Shown piece after piece: positions 1 through 13,559 of a stretch of DNA of 64,000 nt. The notes under the pieces were generated by a model. That model worked only from the letters and a program-made list of their open reading frames with translations, searched no databases and was not told where the DNA came from. This DNA comes from Lama guanicoe. Lineage: Eukaryota. Position 1 is the stretch's first letter; every line of letters begins with the position of its first letter. The position numbers and the translations under genes were made by a program. Location of the stretch: positions 372,001 to 436,000 of the forward strand of contig MU053487.1 of assembly GCA_013239625.1 (NCBI GenBank), read 5' to 3'.

Positions 1-443
1 GAAAGAAACTTCATTTAACAGGGGGACAAACTGATCAAGGAAACCGAAAAGGCATTTAAGAAACAGACCCATACATTTATGGAAATTTACTATATGAAAA
101 CAATGGTAAATTAGAAAAGACTGAACTATAATTTACTACATGCGACTGGGTCAACTGGCTTTGTATTGGGGGAAAATGAAGTTAGATATCTGTATTCCAC
201 ACAGAAATAAAACTGAGTTAGATCTAAATCTAAAAAACAAAATTATTAAAGTTTTAAACTATTGAATGTTTTTATAATGGGAAGGCTGTTTTAACTGTAA
301 CAAAAACGACAAAAGGAGCATTGTGTCAATGGGAAAAAAATCTTGACGTTCTTATATATAACAAATGATAGCTTTAATAATGTTTGAAGAAATGACAAAC
401 TGGTAGAAAATATTTGCAACATATAGAACACAGAATTAATATA

Positions 444-785
444 TAGTCATCTCTCAGTGTCCATGGGGGGTTGGTTCCAGGACTTGCTGAGGAAACCAAA
501 ATCTGTGGATGCTCGAGTCCCTTATATAAAATGATGCAGTATTTGCATAACCTACCCACAACCTCCTGAATACTTTAAGTCACCTCTGGATTACTTATCA
601 GTTAATACAATGTAAATGATAAATAGTTGTAGTTTTAATGTAAACGTTATGGAAATAGATGCCAGCAGGAGGTAAATCCAGCTTTTGCTTTTTGGAACTT
701 TCTGGGATTTTTCCTCACAAATATTTTCAATCAGAGGTTGGCTGAATCCATAGATGAAGAACCTATGGATAAGGAGGGCTGACTG
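444..785 (+). mobile_element. MER2-like Tigger-family non-autonomous DNA transposon
   Basis: Degenerate terminal inverted repeats (tagtcatctctcagtgtccatggg ... cctatggataaggagggctgactg) and an internal ggttccaggac...aaaatctgtggatgctcgagtcccttatataaaatg resembling the MER2 consensus as I recall it. Confidence 0.8.
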
Positions 786-1599
786 TGCTTATAATGTATA
801 AAAAAACGCCTTAGAAATCAGTGAGGAAAAAAATGCACAAAGAGTATAAAGCAGCAATCCATAGAAACATTATTAAAATAAAAAAAACTAACATCTCTAA
901 TAGTCTAAGAAATGCAAAGTAGAATATGGAATATTTCATTCATTAAATTATTAAAATCTTTAAGAGACTGATAATACACAATGTTGGTAAAGGATGGAGG
1001 AAAACAACTTCATAAACTTCAGGGAGAAGAACTGTGAGGACAACTTGGTGCTATGTCATTTAATAGAGAACTCATTTAGACATTATGGACAAGGGAAGCT
1101 GCCCAAGTACATAAGGTTTAAAAAAACATTATCTTTACATATATATAAAATATAAACACTACATTTACATTTTGTAGCAAATACAGTTTGAACAGGCATA
1201 GAATTGAAGTTGGAAAAACATACTGAATGGTTAGAGTGATTAGTTGTAGAAGAGCAGAATTTAAGGGGGAGTTGTTTTATTTTTTAACTTTATTCTTTTG
1301 GGCACCTTCAAGATCTGGATAATGAGAAACATTAAAAATTTGCCTGCCATCTTTTACCACTGCCTATAACATTTTCATTGTTTTACATTTGCGTATTACT
1401 ACTCGTAATATGATTAACCACACACATGTACATGCATACTTTATATATTATATTCTGTATGCAAGCATATTTACTTTGTAATCCTGTATATTATAAACAG
1501 TCTATAATAACTGTGTATTGCTTTTATTATCAGAAAAAGAATTCAAAGTAATTTTCCCTTGGGGTTTAAAAAAATACCAATGATTTATTTAAGTACACT

Positions 1600-1669
1600 G
1601 AAAGAGAGAGACAGACAGAGAGAGAAGAGAAAACAGAAAAAAGAAAAGAAAAGAAAAGAAAGGGAAAGA
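1600..1669 (+). repeat. Purine-rich simple repeat (AG / AAAAG)
   Basis: gaaagagagagacagacagagagagaagagaaaacagaaaaaagaaaagaaaagaaaagaaaggg next to the exon 12 donor. Confidence 0.85.
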
Positions 1670-1675
1670 ACCTAC

Positions 1676-1811
1676 CCGAATTATGAATCTGATTGCTGCA
1701 CATCCAGAAGTTGCCATGACTTTTGCACTGTTGGGGACGAGATTAAAAAGTGTAGGTACAATGGCTTCAGCGCCGTGATCAAACTTGTTTCCCAAAACTG
1801 TTGAAAGATGA
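1676..1811 (-). CDS. CLASP2: CLASP2 exon 12 (136 nt, phase 2/0): HLSTVLGNKFDHGAEAIVPTLFNLVPNSAKVMATSGCAAIRFIIR
   Basis: ttttgtag|TCATCTTTCA...ATTCGG|gtaggt; overlaps ORF-track entry 1589..1795. Confidence 0.97.
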
Positions 1812-2689
1812 CTACAAAAGAAGACAAAAAATGTTGTTTTAAAAGTAATTTAACATTAAATCTAGGTAGGACCTTATAATTTGAAAATATTCTTTTACTG
1901 AATTAACTTTAAAATTTTATTTTAACCTGTTCTAATGGCAGAAAAACAAAAGAGAGAAAGGAAAGTGCAGATAATACGCATTTCCTTCTTTTCCCCTGTC
2001 CTCTTACTGTCCAGAGCAAAGCTGACATTTGGCATTTTACTGTGTCTTTGCAACAGGCACTTGGAGAAGCCATCTGATTTCAGAATTTAACCATTATAAT
2101 AACAGGTTAAACATTCAGCTTTAATTGCCCTGATCTATATCCATTAGATATTTCCATTCTGATGCCCCATATCAATCTTAAATTCAACATATATTATAAA
2201 TAACTTCAAAATCTTACTCAAATCAATATTCCTCAAGATATACTCTATTAATGGTATTACCACTATTTTAGACCAAATACTCTGCTATCTTTGGTGTGGG
2301 ATTTCAGAATTCCTGATTGAAAATACAACTCTATCACACACTGGTTAGCTGGGTGATCTGAAGGACATCCATCTTCTCTCTTCAAATCTGTAAACAATTT
2401 AGCCTTTAATTATATCATTTTAGTTAAAAAACTTAGGAAGAATGCTGTAATCACTCACAGTTCTGACGATGCTTGCAGTATTGGTTAATTTCTACATATT
2501 TATCTTACTTAAAATACATGGCTGGGATACAGTTACCTCCAAAAATTCAGTTCTTGATTCAAAGAGATACTCAGACTCAGACCTACTTACTAGTGTTCAG
2601 ATATACCTTCAGTTTTCCAATGTGAAACTCAAATCAGAAGCAGGGAGGTGCATTCTGTGCCTGGGTGGTGGTGTCTTTCTTTAAAGAGC

Positions 2690-3690
2690 ACTAGTTTTGT
2701 TACGGTGGGCAGATGATGTAGCTGGGAATCAGTTTGATCTTTATAAGTTAATTGGGAGGGGCAGGGTCTAGAGGAGCCTGACTTTAGAGATAGTTTAGTA
2801 CTATTTCTGTACAACAGCCTTTCTGGGGTCTCTTCTGAATGCCTTGGGTGCTTCCTAAGGTTTCTGCCGTCTGCCTCGTCAGAGCAGCCAACGTGAGCTT
2901 GGGGAACTGCTGTTTACCCACTCGCTTGCAGCAGTAGTTCTCTCCAGTGCTCAGGGAACTGTGCCTTTCACATGCACAGATGAGCACTCAACTAGCCTCA
3001 TGGGAGGCTATGGGATCCCCATGCAGATTTCTATAGCTCTTTTTCTGTGCATCTTTCTTTTCTCCAGGGTTCTGCCCTGCAAATTTTAGCCACTTCAGCT
3101 TTCAGAAACTCCAATCTCAGTTTCTACTTCAACTCAGTGAGACTGCCTTGCTCTGGTTGGGTTTCTCTCCCTCTTCGTGGTTCAGAAAATGTATCCAGGT
3201 CAAAACATGCTGATCATACTGCTCAACTGACTTGTTTGTTTCAAGAATCACAGTCCTGCTTTGTCTGATGTCCACTACACATAAAATAGTTGTCTTACAT
3301 ATTTTCTCCATTTTTTGCAAGAGGGTTAATCCTGTACCAGTTATTGCATCATGGCAAGAGGCAGAATTCTCAGCATGGAATATTTTTCAAGTTACATTTT
3401 GTGGATTTCTGTTGTTTTGCTATTGAGAGATACTCAATTATTTTGGTATACTGACTTGTATCTAGCAATCCTATATATTGCCTTAATTACAATAATTTAT
3501 AAATTCTTGTAGTTTTCTGCATGGATAATTATACCATCTGTTAATAATGGCAGTTTTGTTCCTTTTCTTAACAATCTTCATACTTTCTATTTCCTGTTTT
3601 TTTTTCCCTTCTGTTCTGACCAGGACATCTAAAACAATCCAGAGTAGAAATATTACCAGTAGGCATCTTTGTGCTCCCTCTCTTCAAAGG
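2690..3690 (-). mobile_element. Ancient L1M fragments (5'-region-like and ORF2-like)
   Basis: Degenerate similarity to old mammalian L1 in reverse orientation; borders approximate. Confidence 0.45.
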
Positions 3691-4115
3691 AATGCTTAGA
3701 CAACAACATATACAACAAAGTATTCAGGTCGGGAGCAGTGGTAAAAGGAGTTTAAGTGTTCTACTATCCTTAAATTTTGGAAGAATATAAACATACGAAA
3801 TAGGTTTAGACTTTGATAAGTTAATGATGCATGTTACAACCCCAAGATAATTGCTAAAATATCAGAAATAAAAAGCTTAATATCCAAATTTTAAAGAGAA
3901 AATTAAATATAGCCAGATCTCAGACCTACTTATTTTCTTCTTATATTCATTTTTCCCCCCAAATCATACAAATTGAATCCTTATGTATGTGGTTTTAGCT
4001 CATATGTATACTTTTGGGGGGAGGGTTATCCTGCTACTGTGTTACTTAATGAACACTGAATATGAGAATGAAAGTCATTCATAAAAAATACTTATCACAC
4101 AAAGAATATACTTAC

Positions 4116-4261
4116 GCTACAGTAATACAAGCTTCTCTAACCACCTGGGATCTAAGGTCCTTAGCTGAAAGTTTAAGTGCTCCATCCAACAAGCGTAAAT
4201 GTTGGAAAAAGCAGTCATATTGTGCAGCTCCAGCAACAAGCAATGATCGAATTTTCTTAAG
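4116..4261 (-). CDS. CLASP2: CLASP2 exon 11 (146 nt, phase 0/2): LKKIRSLLVAGAAQYDCFFQHLRLLDGALKLSAKDLRSQVVREACITV(A)
   Basis: tatttcag|CTTAAGAAA...ACTGTAGC|gtaagt; contains the CLASP DLRSQVVREAC motif. Confidence 0.97.
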
Positions 4262-7057
4262 CTGAAATAAAGACAATTTTCATTATTGACATTAAAAAGT
4301 GGAAGTGCAAAAAACCTACCTAAACTTCATCATTTGAACAAAATTTTTTAAAATGTCATTATATTTATATAACTATATTTAGACATGTTAACAACATTAA
4401 ATGTATTTTACAAATAAACATGAAACAAAAACACTTTCTGAAAAGAACATTATAGGTTTAATTATATGCATAATAGACATGTAATCTATGAGTAGATATG
4501 AAAATTTTGACGTTTTAAGGGAGTTTTTAAAAAAATTCTGACAAAATACACATTAAAATAAAATTTACCATCTTAACCATTTTAAAGTATACAATTCAGT
4601 GGCATTAAGTATATTCAAAATGTTGTGCAACTATTACCAGTATCTGCTAAGGAGCCTATTTTTAAAGGGCCAAATTTGGAAATTATATTCATCCATTAGC
4701 AAAAGTACAAAAAAAAAAAATCACTGTCATCATCATCTCCAGTATTTTAATATCATCACACCTGCTTTACGAAACAAATAGTTTTCTCTGTATTTCTAAA
4801 CTTTTAAGTATAGGATTGCCAAATGCTTTCCATGTAAGTATCACACATACTGAATATAATCAATCAAGATATTCACAGGTACACATGTGTGCTCACACAT
4901 ACTCAGAAGCTAAAAGTTTATCTATCATACCTGTTATTATGTATAATTTCATATTAAATTATGAGATTTTCTAAATTTTTAAGGATATCTTTAAAGTTAA
5001 AAAAGAGAAAACAGAAATTAAATATTATGGATATTAGAAAAATACTGGGAAGAATAGTTATATAATCTTAGGATGTACAAGGAAAACTATCATAAGCAGA
5101 AGAGAAATTAGAAGGCATCTAAATTAGATTAACTAAAAACAAAACAAAAATCATAATATGGCAAAAAAATAGGAAAAAAGTATCTGCAATATATAAGTAC
5201 AATACACAAAGAGTGACAATAAGATAAGAAAAAGGTAAACGATCAAATATTAAATTGGGCAAATTAAATATAAGAAAATGTGTTCAACCTTACTAGTGAT
5301 AAGCAAATACAAATTACAGCAGACACACGTCATTTTTCTCCATTAGACTGGCAAAATTTAGAAAGACTCAAGAGTATCCAGTACCAGAAAGAAAACAGAT
5401 GCTCTTTACCGTAAGATCATGAATGACTAACACCCTTGTTTAAAATATTTTGGCAACATCTACTAAAACAAAATTGTATCTACTCTTTACCCATCAGCCC
5501 CACTTTAAAAAATGTAACCTAGAAAAACAAAAACACCATTGTTATAAATGTGTGCAAGGATGTTTTTTGAAACATTGTAGCAAAAAACCCCATAAAAACA
5601 AGTCCATCAAATGGGAAACGGTTTAACAAAGTTCATAATACCTTTAACTAAAGAATGTATGTACATACTGATCTGCATTCAAATATCTGAGCAACTATTA
5701 TATACCTGACACCTATACAAAGTGCACTGAATGGCAAGATTTGCTAAGTGTGAAAAAACAAGTTATTAAGTAATGCATCTAGTGTGATCTCATTTGTTTT
5801 TATAAAAGGAGTGGGTTGAGGGAAAACCTGTGTTTATCTTGTCATACATGTTTGAATACATATACATCTAAAGGGATATGCTTTACAATGAAAACCTTTG
5901 TTTCCTCTATAGGGAGTAAACATAATAGCTTTTCTTTATAATCTTCTACATTGTTTCACTTATTGTAATGGGACTTTGTCACTTTTCTCATTAAAAAATT
6001 AGAAGACTATATTTCCAAAAGGGTTGTTTCAAAGTAAACCAAGAACTCTCAAGTACAAAGTTTGTGTTAAATGTTGACTACCTTTAACTTGTCATGTTTC
6101 TGCAGAGATCACCTGTGACAGAGGCCTTTCTACAGCAGACTGATCTTGGAATTGAAGAAAGAACAGTGAAGCATATTTAACAAATTTGGAGCAACATATT
6201 TTCTGATGAAATATTTTAAGATCTTAAAATATGCAGACTTTCTATCAAAGAAAAGCTGGAAAATGATCTTTTGTCCACAGTCATAAAGGCCAATTTAGTC
6301 AAAGGGTCATTTTTGATTTCTTAATCAAAATGGGGATTGGGAGCTCTCAGAGAAGAGTCTTCAAATGGAACCCCTTCTCTGGCTTCCTGAGGATACTCAA
6401 GTACTCATTTTGTACCTCAGATGTGAATCTGACAAATTCACAAAATTTAAAATATACAACCCTTTGTCAATGCAAATGTCTGAAAATTTATCAAATATTT
6501 TCTCAAGGAATTTAGGCTAAATAAAATATTCTTAACACAAGAAAACCAGACTCCCTCCCCCTCTTTTAAAGCATGAGTGAAAAATATTTTTCACACTCAG
6601 ATGTGATATAAAGGAAAAAATACAGGCAAATGGACATATTCTTGTGAATTTATGTCAATACTATGAAAACATAGCCTGCAGGCAAAGTGGACTGCTTTAG
6701 TGGGAAACCTTGTAAGAACTGATGGTGGGAGCTGATGAACAACCGTATGACCCAACAGAACGCCACGGCCCTGAGGCACCGTCAGTGAGGCTCATACTTT
6801 TCTTCTCAACAAGTAGCACATGTGGAGAGACTAACAAATGGGTGAGATAGGCTCCATCTGATCAGTAAAACAAACAAACAAAAAAATGGACCTTCAGTCA
6901 GACAAGGCCTATTATATTACTCAGTGTATTTTCCAGATTCACAGACTTCAATTTTATAAGCGAATACCAGACAACACGACTACTAAATTTCCATGTTTTT
7001 GAAAAAGAACACTGAGAAAAAAAAGGAGAGGGATAAGAAAATAAAAAATAAACTTAC

Positions 7058-7150
7058 TGCATTGGCACGCTGATCCCAGTCGTGTTTGTCATCTGACAAA
7101 ATTTCCCTGATTTTATTTAATGTTTCTTCAAGTTCTCGACTAGAATAGAT
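7058..7150 (-). CDS. CLASP2: CLASP2 exon 10 (93 nt, phase 0/0): IYSSRELEETLNKIREILSDDKHDWDQRANA, TOG2 start
   Basis: tctttcag|ATCTATTCT...AATGCA|gtaagt; open frame. Confidence 0.97.
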
Positions 7151-7599
7151 CTGAAAGATGCAAAATTATAACATTAATATTTCTTGCCATAAGCAAAATC
7201 AACGCCCTGATGTTCAAAATAATCTTTCAAGTAACAAAGTTATCCATTCTAGCACCATTTTTAATGGAGAATGGGCATACGTTATAGACATTAGTAAAAT
7301 AAAATGTTTTGTCTTTCTTATCTGTTACCCATGTGCTATTTCTCCATTCGTGTAACTTCAAATGTACTCTCAAAATGCTTTGTCATTTAAAAACAACATG
7401 CAAATACTCTACAAATTAATAAAAATAGGCCTGATTTCCCAAGGTGATTTCAGGTATATACCATATTTATTGCTTTCATATACTTACTATACAATATTGC
7501 AAAAGGACATGTTTTAGGTTAGTTCCTCCCCCAACCCTCCTCATGCTAGACTGTAGCCAGGAGAGCTACACGCTTTCTTCTCTCTGAAGACAATCGCTT

Positions 7600-9120
7600 G
7601 GCAAACACCATTATCCTTCCATTCACTAACAAATATTCACATAACAGGAATGTAGTATTCTAGGCATTAAGGATACTATGGTGAGCAAAACTGGCATTTT
7701 TCTTTGCCTTATGGAGCTTATTATCTAGTCAAGAAGAGAAAAAAAAAGAAACTAAGTGATATAAAACATGAAATTGCAAACAGACAGTGCCACTAAGAAT
7801 TACATAGTGCCATGAACGTCTATACATTCATAGGGGGTTTGAACTAGTTAGGAAAGTCAAGATTGAACTGAGAGCTAAAAGATGAGGCAGACATCGTAAG
7901 AGAAAATGGAAAGACATCAGCCTTCCTTGAAGCGAACAGCATGTGCAAAGTCTCTGTGGCAGACGAGACTGAAAGAGAGTAAAGAGTGAAGAGAGAACCA
8001 GGGAAGAGCCAGTGACCCAGGCTGAAGTCAGTCAGTACACAGTATTTCCCTACATCAGCGTCAAGGTTCAGAGGTGGGCATGCGACCTAAATAGGTTCAG
8101 TTAGAGTGAATTTCATAAAGTTTTATGTGATCAACCGGGAAAGAAGCAGAGGGTAGTGAGGGTGTAAGGCTCCAACAGCTGTAGCCATGCTGCTGGCCAT
8201 GAGGGAAGATAACGCAGGAGAATCAAGAAATGAGACAGAAACGGGGTCCTGGATACCATTTGAATGGTATCAAACAGATACTGTCATCAAAACAGCCCTA
8301 CTTATATTTTTCACTTCCAACAGCCAGTAAATTCCCACTTTATTTAAAACACAACAAAAACTTCCCCAAAACAAAAGTACAAAGGGGAGTTGGGCATGAA
8401 ACAAGGTTGAAGAGGTAGGAGGGGGACCAGACTATATTCTGTAGACAACGATTACTGGAGGCCTCTGAGCCTTTCCTGCCTCCCACCCTCTCTTCTCAAA
8501 TGTTCTTCTGCCATCTTTAAAGAGGAAGGCAGGTCCCTCCATCACTCCTCATCTTATTATGATGCTTTTCTCTGGAATACAATGCAAGGCTCTCCCTCCC
8601 CCAATAAAAAAGAGTCAAATCAAAAATTTACTTCAGTAAGGGGGTACATAGTTTTTAAACATTTTTCAGAGGGTATACAAGCAAAAGAAGTTTGACTAGC
8701 AGTAAGTTGGGAATTGGTTGCAATAAAATAATGCCTAGGTTTCTGACTTTTGTAACTGATTAATAGTTTCCACACAGAAAACACTGGAAGAGTAGGTTTA
8801 TAAGGCGAAGATCATGAGACCAATTTTGGGCAGGCTGAATTTCAGATGCCTCTGAGACATCTAAAAGGAGATGTTAAACAAACAATCCGTGAATAAATTA
8901 TTTTTACACTCAAGAGAAATTTGGCTTAGAGATAAAAATCTGTACATTATCTATGTAGAGTTAGGGACTGAAGCCGTGGGTTTGAAGGAAGTGACTTAGT
9001 ATAAGAAAGTAGAGAGAGAGAAGAGAGGTCCAGAACTAACCCTTAAGAAATCCCAATATTCAACAGTCAAGGAGAGAAGGATGTGTCTATAAAGAAGACA
9101 GAGATGAAGTGGACCAAAAG
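7600..9120 (-). mobile_element. L2 relic interrupted by a MaLR (MLT1-like) LTR at about 8040-8360
   Basis: L2-like 3' end (cattcactaacaaatattc...ctaggcattaaggatac...atggagcttattatctagt) and an L2 body at 8700-9120; the internal segment has MLT1-like gtgggcatgcgacctaa and agccagtaaattccc. Confidence 0.55.
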
Positions 9121-9376
9121 GTAAATAAAAAAAACAAAAAAAAAAAGAGAGGGAGAAAGAAAGAAAGAAACCTTAAAAAAAGTTGACACTGCAATGTAAT
9201 ATGGTTCAACTATATGGATTCAATTTTATTTCAGCTCATTGTATGGTAATAATAAGTTAAGTATTTTATTTATGTAGTCAATTAAGGAAAAAACAATTGG
9301 AAAAAGGGACAAAAATAAATAATTATTATGAACAAGCACACAGGCAACACTCATGCCACCTTACCGGTATCCTTAC

Positions 9377-9456
9377 CTGAACAGAAGGGACATCTGTAAA
9401 GGCTTTTATAAAATCATCTTCATCAACTGCTCCCGCGCCTCCTTCCTTAGACGCGC
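9377..9456 (-). CDS. CLASP2: CLASP2 exon 9 (80 nt, phase 1/0): (G)ASKEGGAGAVDEDDFIKAFTDVPSVQ
   Basis: aattagcag|GCGCGTCT...GTTCAG|gtaagg; a NAGNAG acceptor allows an alternative start at 9459. Confidence 0.95.
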
Positions 9457-9969
9457 CTGCTAATTAAAAGGAAATTTATTTTTTTTTAAAGTTTACTTTT
9501 AAGCATTTTAGAACCAAGAACAACATGAAAAATACTAAATCTTGATATCAACAAAGGCTTAATTTTGAGTGGCATTCCATTTTGTAAGAAGGTATTTAAA
9601 AATCTCCAACTTTTCAGAAAAGTCAAGGGACTTAGCAGTAGCTGATTAACTCTGCAAGGAATGAGACGAGGCTGGTAGTATAATTCAGACTGTAAGAACA
9701 GAGCCCCCCATCACTCATTCATAGCAACAGCAAGGATACACGAAATACAGGGAAAAGGATAAACATTTAAAAAGCTGAACAGCCATTTTAAGTGACACTA
9801 AATGTCAATAAATGATGGCAAATAAGCGAGGCAGAGGATCTCCAAGTGCTGCAGTAGCCAGGAAAGCAAATGTGAAAGAAATGAGGGTCTCGAAATTAAA
9901 TTTAAATATGCAAACAAATCTTTTATTGCACATACACAATAAAAAAAATAAACTTAACAGGCAGCAGTT

Positions 9970-10553
9970 GTGTAAGAGCCAATAAGTAAGCTATTGTCTT
10001 TTAGCTCCAAATCCACTCTTACATTCTGTGATGCTGGGCCAGCTTGAGCAAACCCTTTTCCTGCTGATTCTAATGGTTTTCTGTAAAACTGTACCAATGG
10101 GAGGCACTGAAGAGACTGGAAACTGAAGGCGGAAAGGATCTGCTCCTTCCTAATTGCTTCCTGTTCTTGTCAGTAAAACCCTAGCAATCTGGCAGGACAC
10201 TCACTTCAGCAGCAGTCCTAGCCTGCAGTCGTTCTAACATTCACGGAGCCTGCTCACTGTACTGCCGGAGGCACCAGATAGCTAGTGCCCGCTCCTCAGA
10301 GACCTGGCTCACAGCTCTGCAGGGCCGCGCCTCTAAGCCTCGCCTCTACATTTCAATAATTTTAACCTCATTTTGTTCTTCCAGCTTTAGGATAGGAGCT
10401 GTTTACTGTAATTGCTACCTCCACAATACTGTAGTGTTGTTCTCTTCTTGTGTTCTTAATTCATCAAATACCTATCACATAAATTATATTAAATTCTCTC
10501 CATAAAAATAACTGCTTTGGATTCTGTCTTCTGATTGAACCCTGGCCGATAAC
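9970..10553 (+). mobile_element. ERVL-class solo LTR (LTR33-like)
   Basis: agctccaaatccactc, gggaggcactgaagagactgga and the terminal ttctgtcttctgattgaaccctggccgata resemble LTR33/ERVL LTRs. Confidence 0.6.
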
Positions 10554-12597
10554 TCTACTTATTTATTTCTTCATGGTAAAAACTCAACAAATAAAATGGT
10601 TTTCAACTACATAAGATGCACATTCCAATGGATAATTAATTTAAATATCTCTCCAATTAAAAAACTGAATAGAAAATCTCTCTCCAAGTTTATTATCTAC
10701 CAAAAGAAATATTATTACTCCAAAATTGGATTTATATAATTAACATGATGCTAATTAAAAAAAACTCAGAATTTCCAAAAGTATGTAAAAAGCTATTTAT
10801 CTTAAAAAAAAAAATCCTGAAGGTCTTTGTATGTGAGTTTTAACGGCAGTAAGTGACGGACCATAGAACAGCATAATATATAAAGTTTAAGGCAATATAA
10901 AACTGCAAATTAAGAGCAATGACAATTTAATAAACTAAAAGAGGAATGAATGCATGCTTGCTATAGGAAATTCAGTTACAAGAGTAAATAAATTATAGTT
11001 ATTCCCTAGATATTAAAAAAATCCAATAAAATAACAAAACTTTCAATCTCATGTCCATAATCAGTTCTAATAACTGATTACCTGAAAATAGTTAAAGCAA
11101 AGAAACAAAAAGTAAGATACCTAACCATATTATCTTAACATCTTATACTACATTCATTCACAAATCTCTTAACATGGCAGGTTTATTGTTTTTGACAACA
11201 GGTCCCCTAATAGGAGAGCATATGCCTATATTTTTACAATTTTTTCCCAATCCTTCACAATTGCCTTTGCCTAGGCCACCGAATAGAAACTTCTTTCACT
11301 AAATAGAAATAAGGGACTTGTCCATATCAAGTAGTTCGTAAACATTCAACACAGTTTTCAGGAAAACAACTTTCTTTCCACATTAATGTAGTTTGTTCCT
11401 TTACATATAACTTCTTGCAAATTACTTGGTACAATAACAAGAGCACCATTAGGCAAGTGTGATGACAAACAACTGACTCCTGGGAAGTAAGTACACATCT
11501 CAACTGGTAGAGGAGACCTGCACTGATGCACCAGAGCAGGGCCAGGTAACAGCCTTAGTGTGCTGACGAGTGGAAGACAGCAAGTTTGACAGAGGAATGG
11601 AGAAGTCAAGGGCAGACCAGTATGAAGAGCTACTACAGTGTATATGCAGTTTACTAAAGTACTAGACATACAACAGAATGCTAACTCCAATATATTAGCC
11701 CACCAGCCATAAGACAATTTCAAAAACCTTCAAGGGAAAGTAGAGCATCTGAATAAATCCCAGATAAGGCCAGAAAAATGTGCCAATAACTAACTGTAAT
11801 GTTTTTATTATGCAGTAAATTCTATCTCATGAGTAAGGCCAAATAAACTAGTGGGCAGGGGAAGTAAGAACTAGACAGCTTTTAAAAGTCCCATGGAAGA
11901 TGTAGAGATCTGGACGTGGGCATTACCAAATTTGGCAAGAACTTGCAGCATCTGAACAGATGACCCTAATCTACCTCACTCTTACCTTTGAGAGTCACTT
12001 TAAGCAGAGCTGCTAACGGGAGCGCTTTGGGTATATGAATAGTATAAAGACAGAGGACATCTGAGCTCCCCATTCTAGCTTTGCTTATATCTTGTATGTA
12101 TTACTAGTAAACTTTTTTACAATCCTAGTTTGCCCAATGTTTCCCTTCACCTTGGTTTTGACTCTCTGGCCAACAAAAGAAGAAAAGGATATCTACATAG
12201 GGAATAATCTGTTGAATGAATAGTTTCATCTCACAATCATCATTCCATTTTCTGATACAGCTTTTAAAAGTTCACTCAAAAATACAATAAAATACTTTTA
12301 GCACCAGCAAGGGGAATGAATAACATAGGACAGTCAAAAAGAATAATGGGCCCTAATGTCAAATATTACTGCAAGAAAAGAAGAGCAAGTGTGCAGCCCA
12401 AGGAAAGATGTATTTAGATAAATAAAGTTTGAGAACAGGAGCGCAAGTAGGGGTTGGGCTGAAGGGACAAGCAGAACTAGCTTCTAACTCGACTAAAGCT
12501 CCTTAGGATGTAACTGGGTTAACAATCACACAAGAAGGTATTAATGGGCTGAAACAGAACAGAAGAGCTTTGCCCAGTTGTCTAACCACTCTAAAAT

Positions 12598-12927
12598 AGA
12601 GGTCAGTAATTTTTTTCAGTAGAAGAACGAAATAGTAAATATTTTAGACTCTGCAGGCCATATGACTTCTGCTGCCATTTTTCAACTCTGCCACTGTAGC
12701 CTGAAAGTAGTTACAGACAATAAATAATGAACAAGGCTGTATTCCAATGAAGCTTTATTCATGGACATTGAAACTGGAATTTTATATAGGTTTCACATGT
12801 TATAAAATACTATTCTTCTTCTGAATATTTTTAATCAATTAAAAATATAAAAACTACCCCTAGCTCATGGGCGAATCAAATACTGTTGGCCAGATCTGGC
12901 CTGTGCACCATAGCTTGCTGATCCCCT
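12598..12927 (+). mobile_element. MER58B-like hAT-Charlie element
   Basis: About 330 bp; atagtaaatattttagactctgcaggccata...ggctgtattccaatgaagctttatt...tagcttgctgatcccctg. Confidence 0.75.
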
Positions 12928-13559
12928 GCTCTAGAAGTCACCCTAAACTGGTAATCGCTTGGATTGGTAGGTGGAGAGAGAAGGGGGACTAGAGGGTACT
13001 GTCATTCAGAAGATATCATGGTTTTGGTGTGCCAGACTGGCTAGTAGGCACTCTCAGAAATTTCCAAATATTACTTTCAGAGGTTCAAGTATAAGAGGAA
13101 ACTCCATTCTACTTAGTCCTTAACTACTAATAAGGAGAAGTGCTGGATAAAAAGGTGAACGAAGCAAAGGGTAAAGCAGTATTATTTCAGACATAGGAGC
13201 AAGGAGAACAAAGTCTTATAGGTGGAGACGGGCAGGTTCTTCACGAAGTGTCTAGCACTGATGAGAAAGATAAATGCTGGAGAAACAACATGCAGGTAAA
13301 CGCAGGAAACTTGATGAAATTCATACAAAATCCATAATTTTTAAAGAGTTACACTAATGAAAATACTACCAGTGCTTTCAGAGTACTATGAAAAGACAGA
13401 GACAGTTTAAAATAAGAACCTGCTGGATCCTCCACTTTCTAAGGGGAGTAGGTTGAAAAAGATATCAGTTGAAAACACAGGACATTTTTATGCAAAAGTT
13501 GGAAAGAATTCAGAGGGCAGAGTCCATAGTTCAGGGTGAAACCAAAAACAGAGGAAAAC

